This document shows positions 47,132-57,164 of a DNA stretch of 64,000 bases, in pieces. The number at the start of each line of letters is the position of its first letter. Position 1 is the first letter of the stretch. Below the pieces are notes generated by a model. The model had not been told where the DNA came from, searched no databases, and was given only the letters and a program-made list of their open reading frames with translations. Location: assembly GCA_035948775.1 (NCBI GenBank), contig DASZIV010000114.1:130263-194262 (forward strand), written 5' to 3'. A program made the position numbers and the translations under genes. The stretch comes from Bryobacteraceae bacterium (GTDB taxonomy: Bacteria > Acidobacteriota > Terriglobia > Bryobacterales > Bryobacteraceae).

Positions 47132-48395
47132 CCTGGAACTACGCCATCCAGAGAGCGACCTCCTGTTGCAGTTTATGGATGGGGAACTTCCCCAGCACCA
47201 GGCCCGTCAGGTGCGTCGGCATGTGGAAGCTTGCTGGCAGTGCCGCGCCGAGCTCGATGAGTTGCAGAAACTGGTGGCCGGGTGCGTTCGGTATCGCGAG
47301 GATCGAGCGGAGGCCGTGCCACCGCCGCCCCAGACTTGGACCGATCTGTCACGCGAATTTAATCGACTGGACGACTCCCCTGCGGCCGCCTCCCTTTTTC
47401 GGCGGACCGCGTTCCGCTGGGTGCTGCTAGGCGCTGGCGCAGCATCTCTGGTGGCAGCCACGCTAGCGCTGCGGGTGATCGACTTCCGCATCGGCACCCA
47501 GCCCGCAAAACCTCAGGAAATGCGCCCCGCAGCAAGGACAAGTCAGCCAGCTTCTCCCGCGAGCACGATCGCCCGACCGGACGGTGTACTGCCGTCCGTT
47601 CCGGGCCGTGCATCAGCGCCGGTAAAGGCGGCAGCCCCACCCGCCGGCGTGGCCGAAGAGTTGAGGGCCGTAGCCGCGCTGCACCGCTTAGGGGCCGATT
47701 TGGGCGAGCCGGTTGAGGTGGCGCGAAACGGGAAATACATTGTGGTGGGCGGAGCGGGCGTCGCGCCTGAACTGCAGCGCCAGATTCGGGACGCCCTTCT
47801 GTCGGAGCCGAACGTCTTGCTGCGATTCTCCGAATCTGCCGCCGGACCGGCCGCGCAGCCTCCGCAAGCGCGGGATGCCGCGCCTCTCAAAAGCGCAGCG
47901 CCGGCCGTTCCCAATCCGCTCGAAGCGCAAGTGGGCGGCCGGGCGCAGTTGGAAAAGCTGAGCACGCTGCTTTTGGACCATGATGAAGCAGCGATGACAC
48001 GCGTCTACGCGCTGCGGCGCCTCGCGGAGCAGTTTCCCCCTGAGGCCGAGCGACAGTTGAGCCCCGAGGACCAACGATTACTAAAGGACATGGGCCGGCA
48101 GCACTGGGACGCGCTCGCCCGGGAAGCGATGGCCATCGATAGCTTGACGTCTCCACTTCTGGCACCGCTGGTGGCGCCCCCGGGAGCTATCAGACTAGCG
48201 ACATCGTGGCAAGCAGCAGCCCAGAACCTGTTTGGCTCGGCGCGCCAGGTGGAAGCGCTCCTGCCGGCGTGGCTGGGAGTCACGGTGACCGATCGCGACC
48301 GACCGGCCCCCGACGACCTTCCTCGACAACTCTCGACGGCGCTGGCGCAACTTCAATTAGACGTGCAACAATGTGAGCGACTCCTGAAGCCATAG
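47124..48395 (+). CDS. anti-sigma factor (zf-HC2, single TM, large periplasmic domain)
   Basis: 'HVEACWQCRAEL' zinc-finger anti-sigma motif and TM segment 'FRWVLLGAGAASLVAATLAL'. Overlaps the sigma gene by 8 nt. Confidence 0.75.
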   Translation: MNSLELRHPESDLLLQFMDGELPQHQARQVRRHVEACWQCRAELDELQKLVAGCVRYREDRAEAVPPPPQTWTDLSREFNRLDDSPAAASLFRRTAFRWVLLGAGAASLVAATLALRVIDFRIGTQPAKPQEMRPAARTSQPASPASTIARPDGVLPSVPGRASAPVKAAAPPAGVAEELRAVAALHRLGADLGEPVEVARNGKYIVVGGAGVAPELQRQIRDALLSEPNVLLRFSESAAGPAAQPPQARDAAPLKSAAPAVPNPLEAQVGGRAQLEKLSTLLLDHDEAAMTRVYALRRLAEQFPPEAERQLSPEDQRLLKDMGRQHWDALAREAMAIDSLTSPLLAPLVAPPGAIRLATSWQAAAQNLFGSARQVEALLPAWLGVTVTDRDRPAPDDLPRQLSTALAQLQLDVQQCERLLKP

Positions 48396-48404
48396 AGATC
48401 CTGC

Positions 48405-51371
48405 ATGAACCCTGGGCGGTTCGTTTCGCTCATCGCGATTAGCCTGATGTGTGAAGCGATCCTATCTGCGCAAGCTACAGGTTACCTCTATGGTCGCGTT
48501 CTGGATCCTTCCGGCGCTGGGGTGCCAGGCGCGGGAGTTACTGTCATCAACGAGGACAGCGGCTTTCGGCACACGACTCAGTCACGGCCAGATGGCGGTT
48601 ATGCCGTCGGTGATTTGACCCCGGGCGACTACAAGATCACGGTCCGCAAAGACGGTTTTCGCTCAATGATCCGCTTCCACGTGCGCCTCGACCAGGCTGC
48701 GCCGGCTCGCGCCGATTTTGCGTTGTTGCTGGGAAGCATTCAGGAGACCATCACGGTAGAAGGCACGGCTTCCCCGCTGAGCCGCGACGACTCCGCTGTC
48801 ATCTCGATACTTGGCAGAGAAGATATCGACCGGCTTCCCGTGAACGGTCGGGGCGTGCTCGGCTTGGTGGAACTGGCGCCCAGCGCCAGCATTGTTCCGG
48901 CTACCCGCGGAGATGCCGGCCAATTCGTGGCGGACGGCCAGCGCGCCAATACCAATTACTTCACTGTTGACGGCGTTTCCGCCAACAACGGCATCACCGC
49001 CGGCGGTCTACCGGCACAAGCTACCGGCGGCAGCCTGCCCGTGATGAGCGCGTTCGGAAGTCTCGATGCGCTCATCGCGCTGGACTCCATCGAGGAATTC
49101 CGGATTCAGAGCTCCAGCAACCCTTCCTCGTTCGGGAGGCTGCCCGGCGCCAACATCTCGGTGGTAAGCCGATCCGGGTCAGACGAGTTTCATGGCGCGG
49201 GCTCCTTCGGTTTTCGCCACGAGTTGTTGGGCGCTAACGATTGGATGGCTAACCGCGACGGCGAGCCGCGGGCCGCCTTGCGCGAACAGAATGCCAGCGG
49301 CACTTTCGGCGGACCCTTGTGGCGCAACCGGAGTTTCTTCTTCCTTTCTTATGAGCACATGGCGATCGAGCAGCCGTTTGCCTGGGTAGCGGCTGTTCCG
49401 TCGCTAGAGGCTCAGAGCGCAGCGCCGGCGTGGGCCCAACCGGCACTGAACTTGTTTCCCGACCCGAATGGACCCTCCCTTTCAAACGGCTTGGGCGAGT
49501 GGACGGGCCGAAGTTCCCGTCCGGGTAGTCTCGACGCCGCGAGCCTGCGGTTGGATCATGCTTTGACGGAACGGATCTCGCTATTCGGACGCTTCAGCGA
49601 AGCTCCCTCCAGCAACCAATTCGGAATCACGCAGATCAACCGTCTCGATTTCCGGTCGTGGAGCGGCACGGTGGGACTGAACCTGCGCGCCGGAACCGAG
49701 ACCGTGGTGGATTTCCGGTTGAACCAATCGGTTTCTTCGGCACAATCTGTCTGGAGCGGCAATGCAGGCTGCGAGTTGCTGCCTGTAGCCGCCCAATTTC
49801 CGTTCTCAGCGCCAACGTGCAATCTGCTAATTCGATTTTTGATCGGGGGAGTGGGCCAGGTAGTCTCCGGACCGGAGGGAGAGCGGCGCCAGAGCCAGTT
49901 CCAATTCGTTCAGTCCGCGGGGTGGAAGCTTGGCGCGCATTCTTTGCGACTGGGAACGGACTATCGCCGCATCGTGCCCGAGCGGCGCGACTCCAGCGGC
50001 ACCCTCAGCCTGATAGCGGATAATCTGCTCGCACTCGATAATCAAAACTATTGGGTCGGCCATTCGGCGGCACAGAGCGGCTCCGAACCCGTTCGCGAGA
50101 TTTCCATTTGGGCGCAAGACACCTGGCAAGTGGGCCGGAGTCTCGCGCTCAGCACTGGTCTGCGGTGGGAGTTCAGCCCAGCACCCAGATCACCGAATCT
50201 TTATTTTCTGGAACCCGCCGGATTCGAACAGGAAACGCGCCCTCTTTGGCCTGCCCCGTACGGCCATTTTGCGCCACGGCTCGGCATAGCGTTCAGCCCC
50301 GGCCGCGCTGGACGCACGGTTATTCGCGCCGGCGCAGGCATTTACTATGATTCCAGCCTCAGTATCGCCACCGATGCGATAAACAGCGGTCCGTTGAACA
50401 CCTTCACGAGCCCGCGGAATGGCCCCTTTTCCACGTTCTTGTGGTATGGATTCATGCCGGATCTTCATCTGCCGTGGGTAGCGCAGTGGAACGTTTCGGT
50501 GGAGCATTCGCTCACCCCGCGCGACACCATCTCCGCAGGATATTTGGGATCAACCGGCCGCGATCTGATCCGCCGCGAGCTTGGGGGGCCCGGAAGCGCT
50601 CCGACTTCGTGGTTCGCGTTGACCACCAATCACGGCGCCTCCGACTACCATGCCTTCGTAGCGCAATACCGGCGGCGTGTTGCGCACGGGCTCGAGGGCT
50701 TGGTCTCGTATTCCTGGTCGCATTCGCTGGATAACGATTCGAGCGATTCGTTCCTGGTTTGGGCGGGTAAGAGCGCCAGCCCGGCGCGCGATTGGGGATC
50801 GTCGGATTTCGATGTGCGGCAATCGCTCGCGGCGTCGCTCGGCTACGCATTGCCGGGGGTGGCTAAGGGCTGGTCGTTGGACGGAATTTTCCGAGCGCGC
50901 AGCGGCTTTCCGATCACCGTGCTCGACGCGGATCAGTACACGGGGCTCACCCTCACCAACGCTTTTCGTCCGGACCTGGTCCCGGGCGTACCCGTCTGGG
51001 TCGCAGACCCTAATGCGCCCGGAGGCAGAAGCCTCAACCCGCTGGCGTTTAGCTCGGCGGGATTCCGGCCGGGCGACCTGGGCCGGAATGCCATTACCGG
51101 CTTCGGGATGTGGCAGTTTGACCTGGCCCTGCGCCGCGAATTCCGGGTGGCCGACCGCAGCACCATCGATCTACGCGTCGAAGCGTTCAACGCGCTGAAT
51201 CACCCTAACTTTGCAGACCCCGTAAAGTACCTGAACAGCCCGTTATTCGGACAATCCACCTCCATGTTAAATATGATGCTGGGGACCGGCAGCCCCGGTA
51301 GCGGACTGGCTCCTCTGCTACAGAACGGGGGGGCACGGTCGCTGGAAGTGGTTCTGCGATTCCGGTTTTAG
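48405..51371 (+). CDS. TonB-dependent-receptor-like outer membrane protein with carboxypeptidase regulatory-like domain
   Basis: Signal peptide, 'GRVLDPSGAGVPGAGVTVINEDSGFRHTTQSRPDGGYAVGDLTPGDYKITVRKDGF', plug-like 'IDRLPVNGRGVLGL', and the C-terminal aromatic 'LRFRF'. Confidence 0.85.
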   Translation: MNPGRFVSLIAISLMCEAILSAQATGYLYGRVLDPSGAGVPGAGVTVINEDSGFRHTTQSRPDGGYAVGDLTPGDYKITVRKDGFRSMIRFHVRLDQAAPARADFALLLGSIQETITVEGTASPLSRDDSAVISILGREDIDRLPVNGRGVLGLVELAPSASIVPATRGDAGQFVADGQRANTNYFTVDGVSANNGITAGGLPAQATGGSLPVMSAFGSLDALIALDSIEEFRIQSSSNPSSFGRLPGANISVVSRSGSDEFHGAGSFGFRHELLGANDWMANRDGEPRAALREQNASGTFGGPLWRNRSFFFLSYEHMAIEQPFAWVAAVPSLEAQSAAPAWAQPALNLFPDPNGPSLSNGLGEWTGRSSRPGSLDAASLRLDHALTERISLFGRFSEAPSSNQFGITQINRLDFRSWSGTVGLNLRAGTETVVDFRLNQSVSSAQSVWSGNAGCELLPVAAQFPFSAPTCNLLIRFLIGGVGQVVSGPEGERRQSQFQFVQSAGWKLGAHSLRLGTDYRRIVPERRDSSGTLSLIADNLLALDNQNYWVGHSAAQSGSEPVREISIWAQDTWQVGRSLALSTGLRWEFSPAPRSPNLYFLEPAGFEQETRPLWPAPYGHFAPRLGIAFSPGRAGRTVIRAGAGIYYDSSLSIATDAINSGPLNTFTSPRNGPFSTFLWYGFMPDLHLPWVAQWNVSVEHSLTPRDTISAGYLGSTGRDLIRRELGGPGSAPTSWFALTTNHGASDYHAFVAQYRRRVAHGLEGLVSYSWSHSLDNDSSDSFLVWAGKSASPARDWGSSDFDVRQSLAASLGYALPGVAKGWSLDGIFRARSGFPITVLDADQYTGLTLTNAFRPDLVPGVPVWVADPNAPGGRSLNPLAFSSAGFRPGDLGRNAITGFGMWQFDLALRREFRVADRSTIDLRVEAFNALNHPNFADPVKYLNSPLFGQSTSMLNMMLGTGSPGSGLAPLLQNGGARSLEVVLRFRF

Positions 51372-54300
51372 GTTCGCCCGCCGAGATAATAATGCACCGC
51401 CGGCGTGACCACCAGCGACAGGATCATCGACGCCAGGATTCCGCCGATCACCGCGATCGCCAGCGGCTGCAGCATCTCTGAACCGGCGCCCAGCGCGAGA
51501 GCTAGCGGAATCATGCCGGCTACTGTCGCTAGCGCGGTCATCATGATGGGGCGCAAGCGTCGCTCGCCAGCGCGAATCATACTTTCTTCCGGCGTCAGGC
51601 CCTCCGCCCGGAATTTCTGATCGGCGTCCAACAAGAGAATTCCGTTCTTCGATACAATCCCGATCACCATTATGAGGCCCATGAAGGAAGAGAGGTTGAA
51701 CGTCTTGCCCGTAATAAGCAGCGCCAGGAACACTCCGCAGGTCGACAATAACGCCGAGCAGATCACGGCAATTGGCGCGGCAAAGCCACCAAATTCAAAC
51801 AGCAGCACGGTGAAGACCAGCACGATGGCCAGCAGCAGCACAAACGCGAAATCGCGGAAGGAATTCTGCTGCTCTTCATATTGCCCTCCGTATTGCACGC
51901 GAATCGTGGGCGGCAAGTGCAAGGCGGCCACCGCGGCCTGTACGCGGCGGATTCCCTCGCCGAGATTGACGCCTTCCAGCCGGCCGGTCACCGTGACATC
52001 GCGCAGCAGATTCTCGCGGCGGATTTCGGTTTGCCCGGGAAGGTCGGTCACTGTGGCGAGCGAGCCCAAGGTGCCCGTCCGTCCGGTGGCGCTGACCAGG
52101 GGCGTGTTGCGAACGGCGTCCATCGAAGCGCGCGTGGACTCGGGAAAGCGCACGCGAATCGTATAAGCGCGGTCATTCAGCACCACCGGCGCGGAAGCCG
52201 GCTCCCCTTGCAGAATGGCGCTGGCATCCAGTTCCACCTCCTGCGGGGTGAACCCCGCGCGCGCGGTCACGGCGGGGTCCACTTGAAACACCGTGGCCGG
52301 ACCGCTGATGGTGTTCTCGATTCCGTTCAGGACATCCACCACGCCCGGAATCTTCTTAATGGCGTCGCCCACTTGCGGCGCCCAATCGCGTAGTGTTTGC
52401 GGATCCTGGGCGAACAGCTTGATGGCGATGGGCTCTGGTGCGCTCGTCAAATCGCCAATCATGTCCCCCAGAAGCTGCACAAACTCAACGTCCAGCACCG
52501 GCTCCGCCTTCTTGACCTGCGCGCGGGCTTCGGCGATGACTTCATCGCCGGCGCGGTCGCGCTTTTGCTTCAACTTCACGGAGATGTCGCCCCTGTTGGC
52601 CTCTGTCACCGCCGCCAGCCCCAGTTCCAGTCCAGTGCGCCGCGCTGTGCTGGACACTTCTGGAATGGTCCGGAGAATCTGCTCCACGTGTTTGATGATG
52701 CGATTGGTTTCGTCCAGCGAAGATCCCGCCGGCGTGAAGTAGTCCACGATGAAGCCGCCCTCATCAATTTCCGGCAGCAGGTCGGAACCAATCGCGTTGT
52801 AGCAAAAGTACGATCCGGCAATCAGCGCAACCGCAAACAGGCCGAGGAGCAGTGGATGCGCCAGGGTCATCCGCAGGGTGCGTTCGTAAATACGCATTAC
52901 TCGGGAGGGAGCCGCGTCGTGCTCAGCATGCCTGGCGCGCCCGCGGCTGCGGATCAGGTAGTGGCTCAAGGTCGGTGTCCAGGTCAGCGCCAGTGCGAGT
53001 GAAGTGAGCAAGGCCATCCCCACCGTGAGCGCCAAGGCCCGGAAGAAAGTGCCATTGACACCAGTAATCGAGATCAGCGGCAGAAACACCACGATGGGCG
53101 TAATCGTGGATCCGATCAGTGGGACGCGAATCTCTCGCAACGCGCTGCGTATTGCTTGCGCGCGCGTCTGCCCGGAATCGCGGTGCAGGACGATATTCTC
53201 CACCACCACGATGGCATCGTCGATGACCAACCCCACCGCCGCGGCCAGGCCGCCCAGCGTCATCAGATTGAAGGTCTGTCCTAGCGCGCGCAAGCCGACG
53301 AAAGTCACGGCCACCGTAGCAGGAATCACCAGTCCTGCCACCAGTGAAGTCCCCCAATCGCGCAAAAACAGCACCATGATCAGCGACGCCAGGATCAGTC
53401 CGATGAGGATCGCGTCGCGCACACTCTTGATGGACGCCACGACAATTTCCGACTGGTCGTAAAATGCATTGAGCTGAATGCCTTTTGGCAGTGTGCTGCG
53501 GAGGTTCTCGATTTCCTGATGGACCGCATTGGCAACTTCCACCGTATTGCCATCCGGTTGGCGGAAAATATTGAGCAGGACGGCAGGTTTCGTGTTGGCA
53601 GTCACCACCGTATAAACCGGCGTTACCGAGGGACCCACGCTGCCGATGTCGCCGATGCGCACCGGGGCTCCGGCAGGCGTGGTCTTCACCACAATATTGG
53701 CGATCTGATCGGGAGTGCGGGCCTGGCCGCTTACGAGGCTCAGAACGAGTTGGTGATTATCAGAGATGAGTCCCGGGGAATCGATCAAGTTGCTGCGGCC
53801 AATGGCGTCCAGAATATTGGGAATGGTGGTGGCGGTCTGGATCAGCTTGGCGGCGTCGGGCGTCACTTGAAATTCCGGCTGCTGCCCGCCCTGTACCACT
53901 ACCGTGGAAACTCCCGGCATGCGGTTCAGCCGGGGCTTCAGTTCATAGTTGGCTAACTCCCAAACGCGTGTCTGCGGCACCGTATCGGAAGTCAGGCTGT
54001 AACCGATTACCGGAAACGCGGCGAAGGTAAGGCGCTGCGCGTTGATCTTTACGGTGGAGGGGAGCGAAGGGAGGGTCCGCGCGATCGCCGCATTCACCAA
54101 ATCGAGTGTGCGGTACATGTCCCCTTTCCAGGAAAAAAACAGGTCGATTTCCGCCGTGCCCCGGCTGGTGATGGACCAGATGCGTTCCAGGCCCTGCACG
54201 GTGTTCAGCGCCTCTTCGAGCGGCCTGGTTACGGTGACCATCATCTGGTCAATGGGAACCACGCCATTGTCCACCGCGACCACGATGCGCGGGAAGTTGG

Positions 54301-54457
54301 TTTCGGGGAACACGGCCACGGGGATCGTGAGCGCCAGATAGATCCCCACGGCCACCAGAGTCAGGATGACGAAGATGATCGGCTTGCCGTGGCGATCGGT
54401 CCAGTGTACGGCCTCCGCTTCAGCCGCGACTGGTGGAGGAGTCAGCAGCTCGCTCAT
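51368..54457 (-). CDS. RND efflux transporter permease (AcrB/CzcA superfamily)
   Basis: 1029 aa with 12-TM RND architecture and 'VGLVIDDAIVVVENI'. 4-nt overlaps with the neighbouring genes. Confidence 0.9.
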   Translation of the reverse strand: MSELLTPPPVAAEAEAVHWTDRHGKPIIFVILTLVAVGIYLALTIPVAVFPETNFPRIVVAVDNGVVPIDQMMVTVTRPLEEALNTVQGLERIWSITSRGTAEIDLFFSWKGDMYRTLDLVNAAIARTLPSLPSTVKINAQRLTFAAFPVIGYSLTSDTVPQTRVWELANYELKPRLNRMPGVSTVVVQGGQQPEFQVTPDAAKLIQTATTIPNILDAIGRSNLIDSPGLISDNHQLVLSLVSGQARTPDQIANIVVKTTPAGAPVRIGDIGSVGPSVTPVYTVVTANTKPAVLLNIFRQPDGNTVEVANAVHQEIENLRSTLPKGIQLNAFYDQSEIVVASIKSVRDAILIGLILASLIMVLFLRDWGTSLVAGLVIPATVAVTFVGLRALGQTFNLMTLGGLAAAVGLVIDDAIVVVENIVLHRDSGQTRAQAIRSALREIRVPLIGSTITPIVVFLPLISITGVNGTFFRALALTVGMALLTSLALALTWTPTLSHYLIRSRGRARHAEHDAAPSRVMRIYERTLRMTLAHPLLLGLFAVALIAGSYFCYNAIGSDLLPEIDEGGFIVDYFTPAGSSLDETNRIIKHVEQILRTIPEVSSTARRTGLELGLAAVTEANRGDISVKLKQKRDRAGDEVIAEARAQVKKAEPVLDVEFVQLLGDMIGDLTSAPEPIAIKLFAQDPQTLRDWAPQVGDAIKKIPGVVDVLNGIENTISGPATVFQVDPAVTARAGFTPQEVELDASAILQGEPASAPVVLNDRAYTIRVRFPESTRASMDAVRNTPLVSATGRTGTLGSLATVTDLPGQTEIRRENLLRDVTVTGRLEGVNLGEGIRRVQAAVAALHLPPTIRVQYGGQYEEQQNSFRDFAFVLLLAIVLVFTVLLFEFGGFAAPIAVICSALLSTCGVFLALLITGKTFNLSSFMGLIMVIGIVSKNGILLLDADQKFRAEGLTPEESMIRAGERRLRPIMMTALATVAGMIPLALALGAGSEMLQPLAIAVIGGILASMILSLVVTPAVHYYLGGRT

Positions 54458-55773
54458 TTGTCGTCCTTGTCGCCCTTATCGCTTTTGCCGCCTTTTTCGT
54501 CCTTGTCGTCTTTGTCGGGCTTCTCGGCTTCGCCCGGCTTGACGATCTTCACCTTCGCCTTGTCGTCGAGCCCGACGCCTCCCACCACCACTACTTGCTC
54601 TCCCGGCGTGACGCCGCTGATGATCTGGACTTTGTCGGCCTCGCGCACACCCACCTCAACCTTGCGCTGGTGCACAATGTTGTCGGCAGTCACCACCAGC
54701 ACTATGGTTCCGCCCTCTTCTCCCGACAGCAGCGCAGCCGTAGGGACGACTACCGCATTGGGGATGGTCGCGGCCACAATCGCGACGTGTACGCCGGTGC
54801 CCGGCTTCAGGCGCTCGCCCGGATTATCGGCCTGCACCCAGACTTGGACGGTGGTGCTGCTGGGATCGGTGGCGGGGCTAACCACTGTAACCTTGCCTTG
54901 CACTGCGAGGGAGGTATCGGTCTGGGTCAGCGTGGCCGAGGCGCCCACTTTCAGGGCGCCCGCCTGATTCTGCGGGACGTTGGCGCGCGCAATCACGCGC
55001 GAGATATCCATCACGGTCATGAGCGGCGTGCCCGGATTCGCCATTTCGCCGGCGTACAGGGGGCGGTCGGCGATGACACCGCCGATGGGGGCTCGCACTT
55101 CGGAGTAGCCCAACTGTGCCTGGGAGGATTGATAGTGCCCACGGGCCGCTTCCACCTGGGCCTGTGCGCCTTTGACCTGTTCCTCTTTGCCGACGCTCTG
55201 GAGAACGCGCAGGTGTTCCTGGGCCGAGGCGAACTGGGCGCTTGCCTGGGCGTAGGCCACCTGGGCATCGTCCACCAGCTTGCGGGCCAGCGCACCCTGT
55301 TCTAATAGCTTCTGGCGGTTCGCCAGCAACTTCTGCGCGGCGTCCAAGGTCTGCTGGGCCGATTGCACATCGGTCTGCGCCTTGATCACCTGTTCCGGAA
55401 TCGTGGCCGATGACGTCGCACGGAAGTTGGATTCGGCCTGGTCGAGCTGCCCTTTGCTCTCGGCCACGGCTGCCGACAGGTCACGGCTCTCAAGCGTTGC
55501 CAGCAGTTGCCCGGCCTTAACATGGTCGCCGCGATTCACATAGAATTTCTGCACCGGCGCGCTGATCTTGGGCATCGTGCCGGACTGGTCCAGCGGGTAC
55601 AGCACGCCGTCAGCCTCCACCACGCGCCGAATCGATTCCTGGCGCACCGGCTCGACTTGCACGGGGGCAGCTTCGGGAGCGGCGTTGTCGGCTTCGTCGG
55701 CTTTCTTGGAGCAGCCGGACAGGGCCAAGAGGTACAGGGCGATGAGCCACGTCAATGAACTGGTTCTCCGCAT
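54454..55773 (-). CDS. RND efflux periplasmic adaptor (MFP/HlyD family) with K/D-rich C-terminal tail
   Basis: Lipobox 'LSGCS', coiled-coil hairpin, beta-barrel 'VEVGVREADKVQIISGVTPGEQVVV', and tail 'KPDKDDKDEKGGKSDKGDKDDK'. Confidence 0.9.
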   Translation of the reverse strand: MRRTSSLTWLIALYLLALSGCSKKADEADNAAPEAAPVQVEPVRQESIRRVVEADGVLYPLDQSGTMPKISAPVQKFYVNRGDHVKAGQLLATLESRDLSAAVAESKGQLDQAESNFRATSSATIPEQVIKAQTDVQSAQQTLDAAQKLLANRQKLLEQGALARKLVDDAQVAYAQASAQFASAQEHLRVLQSVGKEEQVKGAQAQVEAARGHYQSSQAQLGYSEVRAPIGGVIADRPLYAGEMANPGTPLMTVMDISRVIARANVPQNQAGALKVGASATLTQTDTSLAVQGKVTVVSPATDPSSTTVQVWVQADNPGERLKPGTGVHVAIVAATIPNAVVVPTAALLSGEEGGTIVLVVTADNIVHQRKVEVGVREADKVQIISGVTPGEQVVVVGGVGLDDKAKVKIVKPGEAEKPDKDDKDEKGGKSDKGDKDDK

Positions 55774-55780
55774 ATATTGC

Positions 55781-57088
55781 CTAAAACGTTCCCGTCAACG
55801 TCTGCAGATTGGCGATGGCCGCGCGATAGCGCACCAGCCCGTCGTCGGCCGCGTTGCGCGCCTGCACCAACGTGGTCTGCGCATCTTTCACTTCGAGGAC
55901 GGTCACTTCCCCCGCCTGGTAGCGCAGCAACGTCAGCCGTAAGCTCTCGTTGGAAAGATCGAGGGAGCGCCGCAAGGAGGCAATCTGCATGCTGGCGAGA
56001 TCAGCCTCCCGATACAAAGAATTCAGATTGGCGAGCAGCTCGCGCTGAGTAAGACTCAGGTCGGTTTGCGCCTGCTTCAGACGCAGCTCCGATTGCCGGA
56101 TCTTGCTGCGCGTGGCGCCCCAGTTCCATACGGGAATGTTGAGCGTGGCCTGCACCGCCGAGCCGAGTTGGTTTTGACCGTCGCGGTTGTGCAGGGCGTA
56201 TTGATTCGCCTCGATGCCGAAGAAATAGTCCAGCGACAATGTGGGGTACAAAGCGCTGCGCGCGCTCTTGATTTCAAATTCCTGTTGTTGCACGGTGGCC
56301 ATGGCGGCGCGGATGTCAGGATTATTCGTGCTGGCCATCGATTGGACGCGCTGGAAATCGGGGAGCGCCGTGGCCGTTTCCAGGTCATCGGCAACCGTGA
56401 AGTCTTGCCGAAACTCCGGAAACACCAGGACCGCCAGGCCGAGCCGCGCCTTCTGCTCCGCCAGCAGCGCATCCTGCGTATCGCGCCGCCGCTGCTCCAC
56501 CAGAATTTGGGCCGTCACCACGTCGGAGTGAGCCACTTCACCACCCTGCTCCTGCTTCTGGGTAATATCGAGGAACTGCTCAGCCTCGCGCTGGTTTTGT
56601 TGCGCGTTGGCATACTTGCGCGCGGCCGTGACTAGCGCGTAGTAGTCCTGAACCACAGTGGCATACAGGCCGCGAGCCGCGATATCGGCCTTGGCGCGCG
56701 CCACTGCCTCGGCCGCTTCGGCGCGGTGATAATCAGCACGTTTGCCGGGCGCGAACAGATCGCCATGGACATTGGCCGTGTTGTAGTACACGTGCGGACC
56801 GTCATTGGGCACGAACACGCCGCTGAGCGTTCCGTTCGGCTGCGTGTAAATGAACTGGTTGAACCAGTTGGCAGTGGGCAGTAGCGCAGCCTTTGCCTGC
56901 ACTGTGTCTTCGTGGGCGATCTGGGCCGCGTTGGTTGCGGCGAGCAGCGTCTGGGCATTGGCGCGGGCCCGCTCCAGGGCATCCTGCAGCGTCAGTTGCA
57001 GACTCGCATTCGGGGCGGGCGGCGCCTGCGCGTGCGCGACGCCACACAACCAGAGGCCCATGCCGGCAATCAGAGAAAGAAACCGCAT
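55781..57088 (-). CDS. TolC-family outer membrane efflux protein
   Basis: Signal peptide and two OEP repeats ('LQDALERARANAQTLLAA...', 'RSALYPTLSLDY...'). Confidence 0.85.
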   Translation of the reverse strand: MRFLSLIAGMGLWLCGVAHAQAPPAPNASLQLTLQDALERARANAQTLLAATNAAQIAHEDTVQAKAALLPTANWFNQFIYTQPNGTLSGVFVPNDGPHVYYNTANVHGDLFAPGKRADYHRAEAAEAVARAKADIAARGLYATVVQDYYALVTAARKYANAQQNQREAEQFLDITQKQEQGGEVAHSDVVTAQILVEQRRRDTQDALLAEQKARLGLAVLVFPEFRQDFTVADDLETATALPDFQRVQSMASTNNPDIRAAMATVQQQEFEIKSARSALYPTLSLDYFFGIEANQYALHNRDGQNQLGSAVQATLNIPVWNWGATRSKIRQSELRLKQAQTDLSLTQRELLANLNSLYREADLASMQIASLRRSLDLSNESLRLTLLRYQAGEVTVLEVKDAQTTLVQARNAADDGLVRYRAAIANLQTLTGTF

Positions 57089-57164
57089 CAGAAGAAGTTT
57101 AGTATAAACGCGGCGAAATGAACGCAGGATGAACGGGAGCCGCGAGATACAGGCTCGAAATGCG

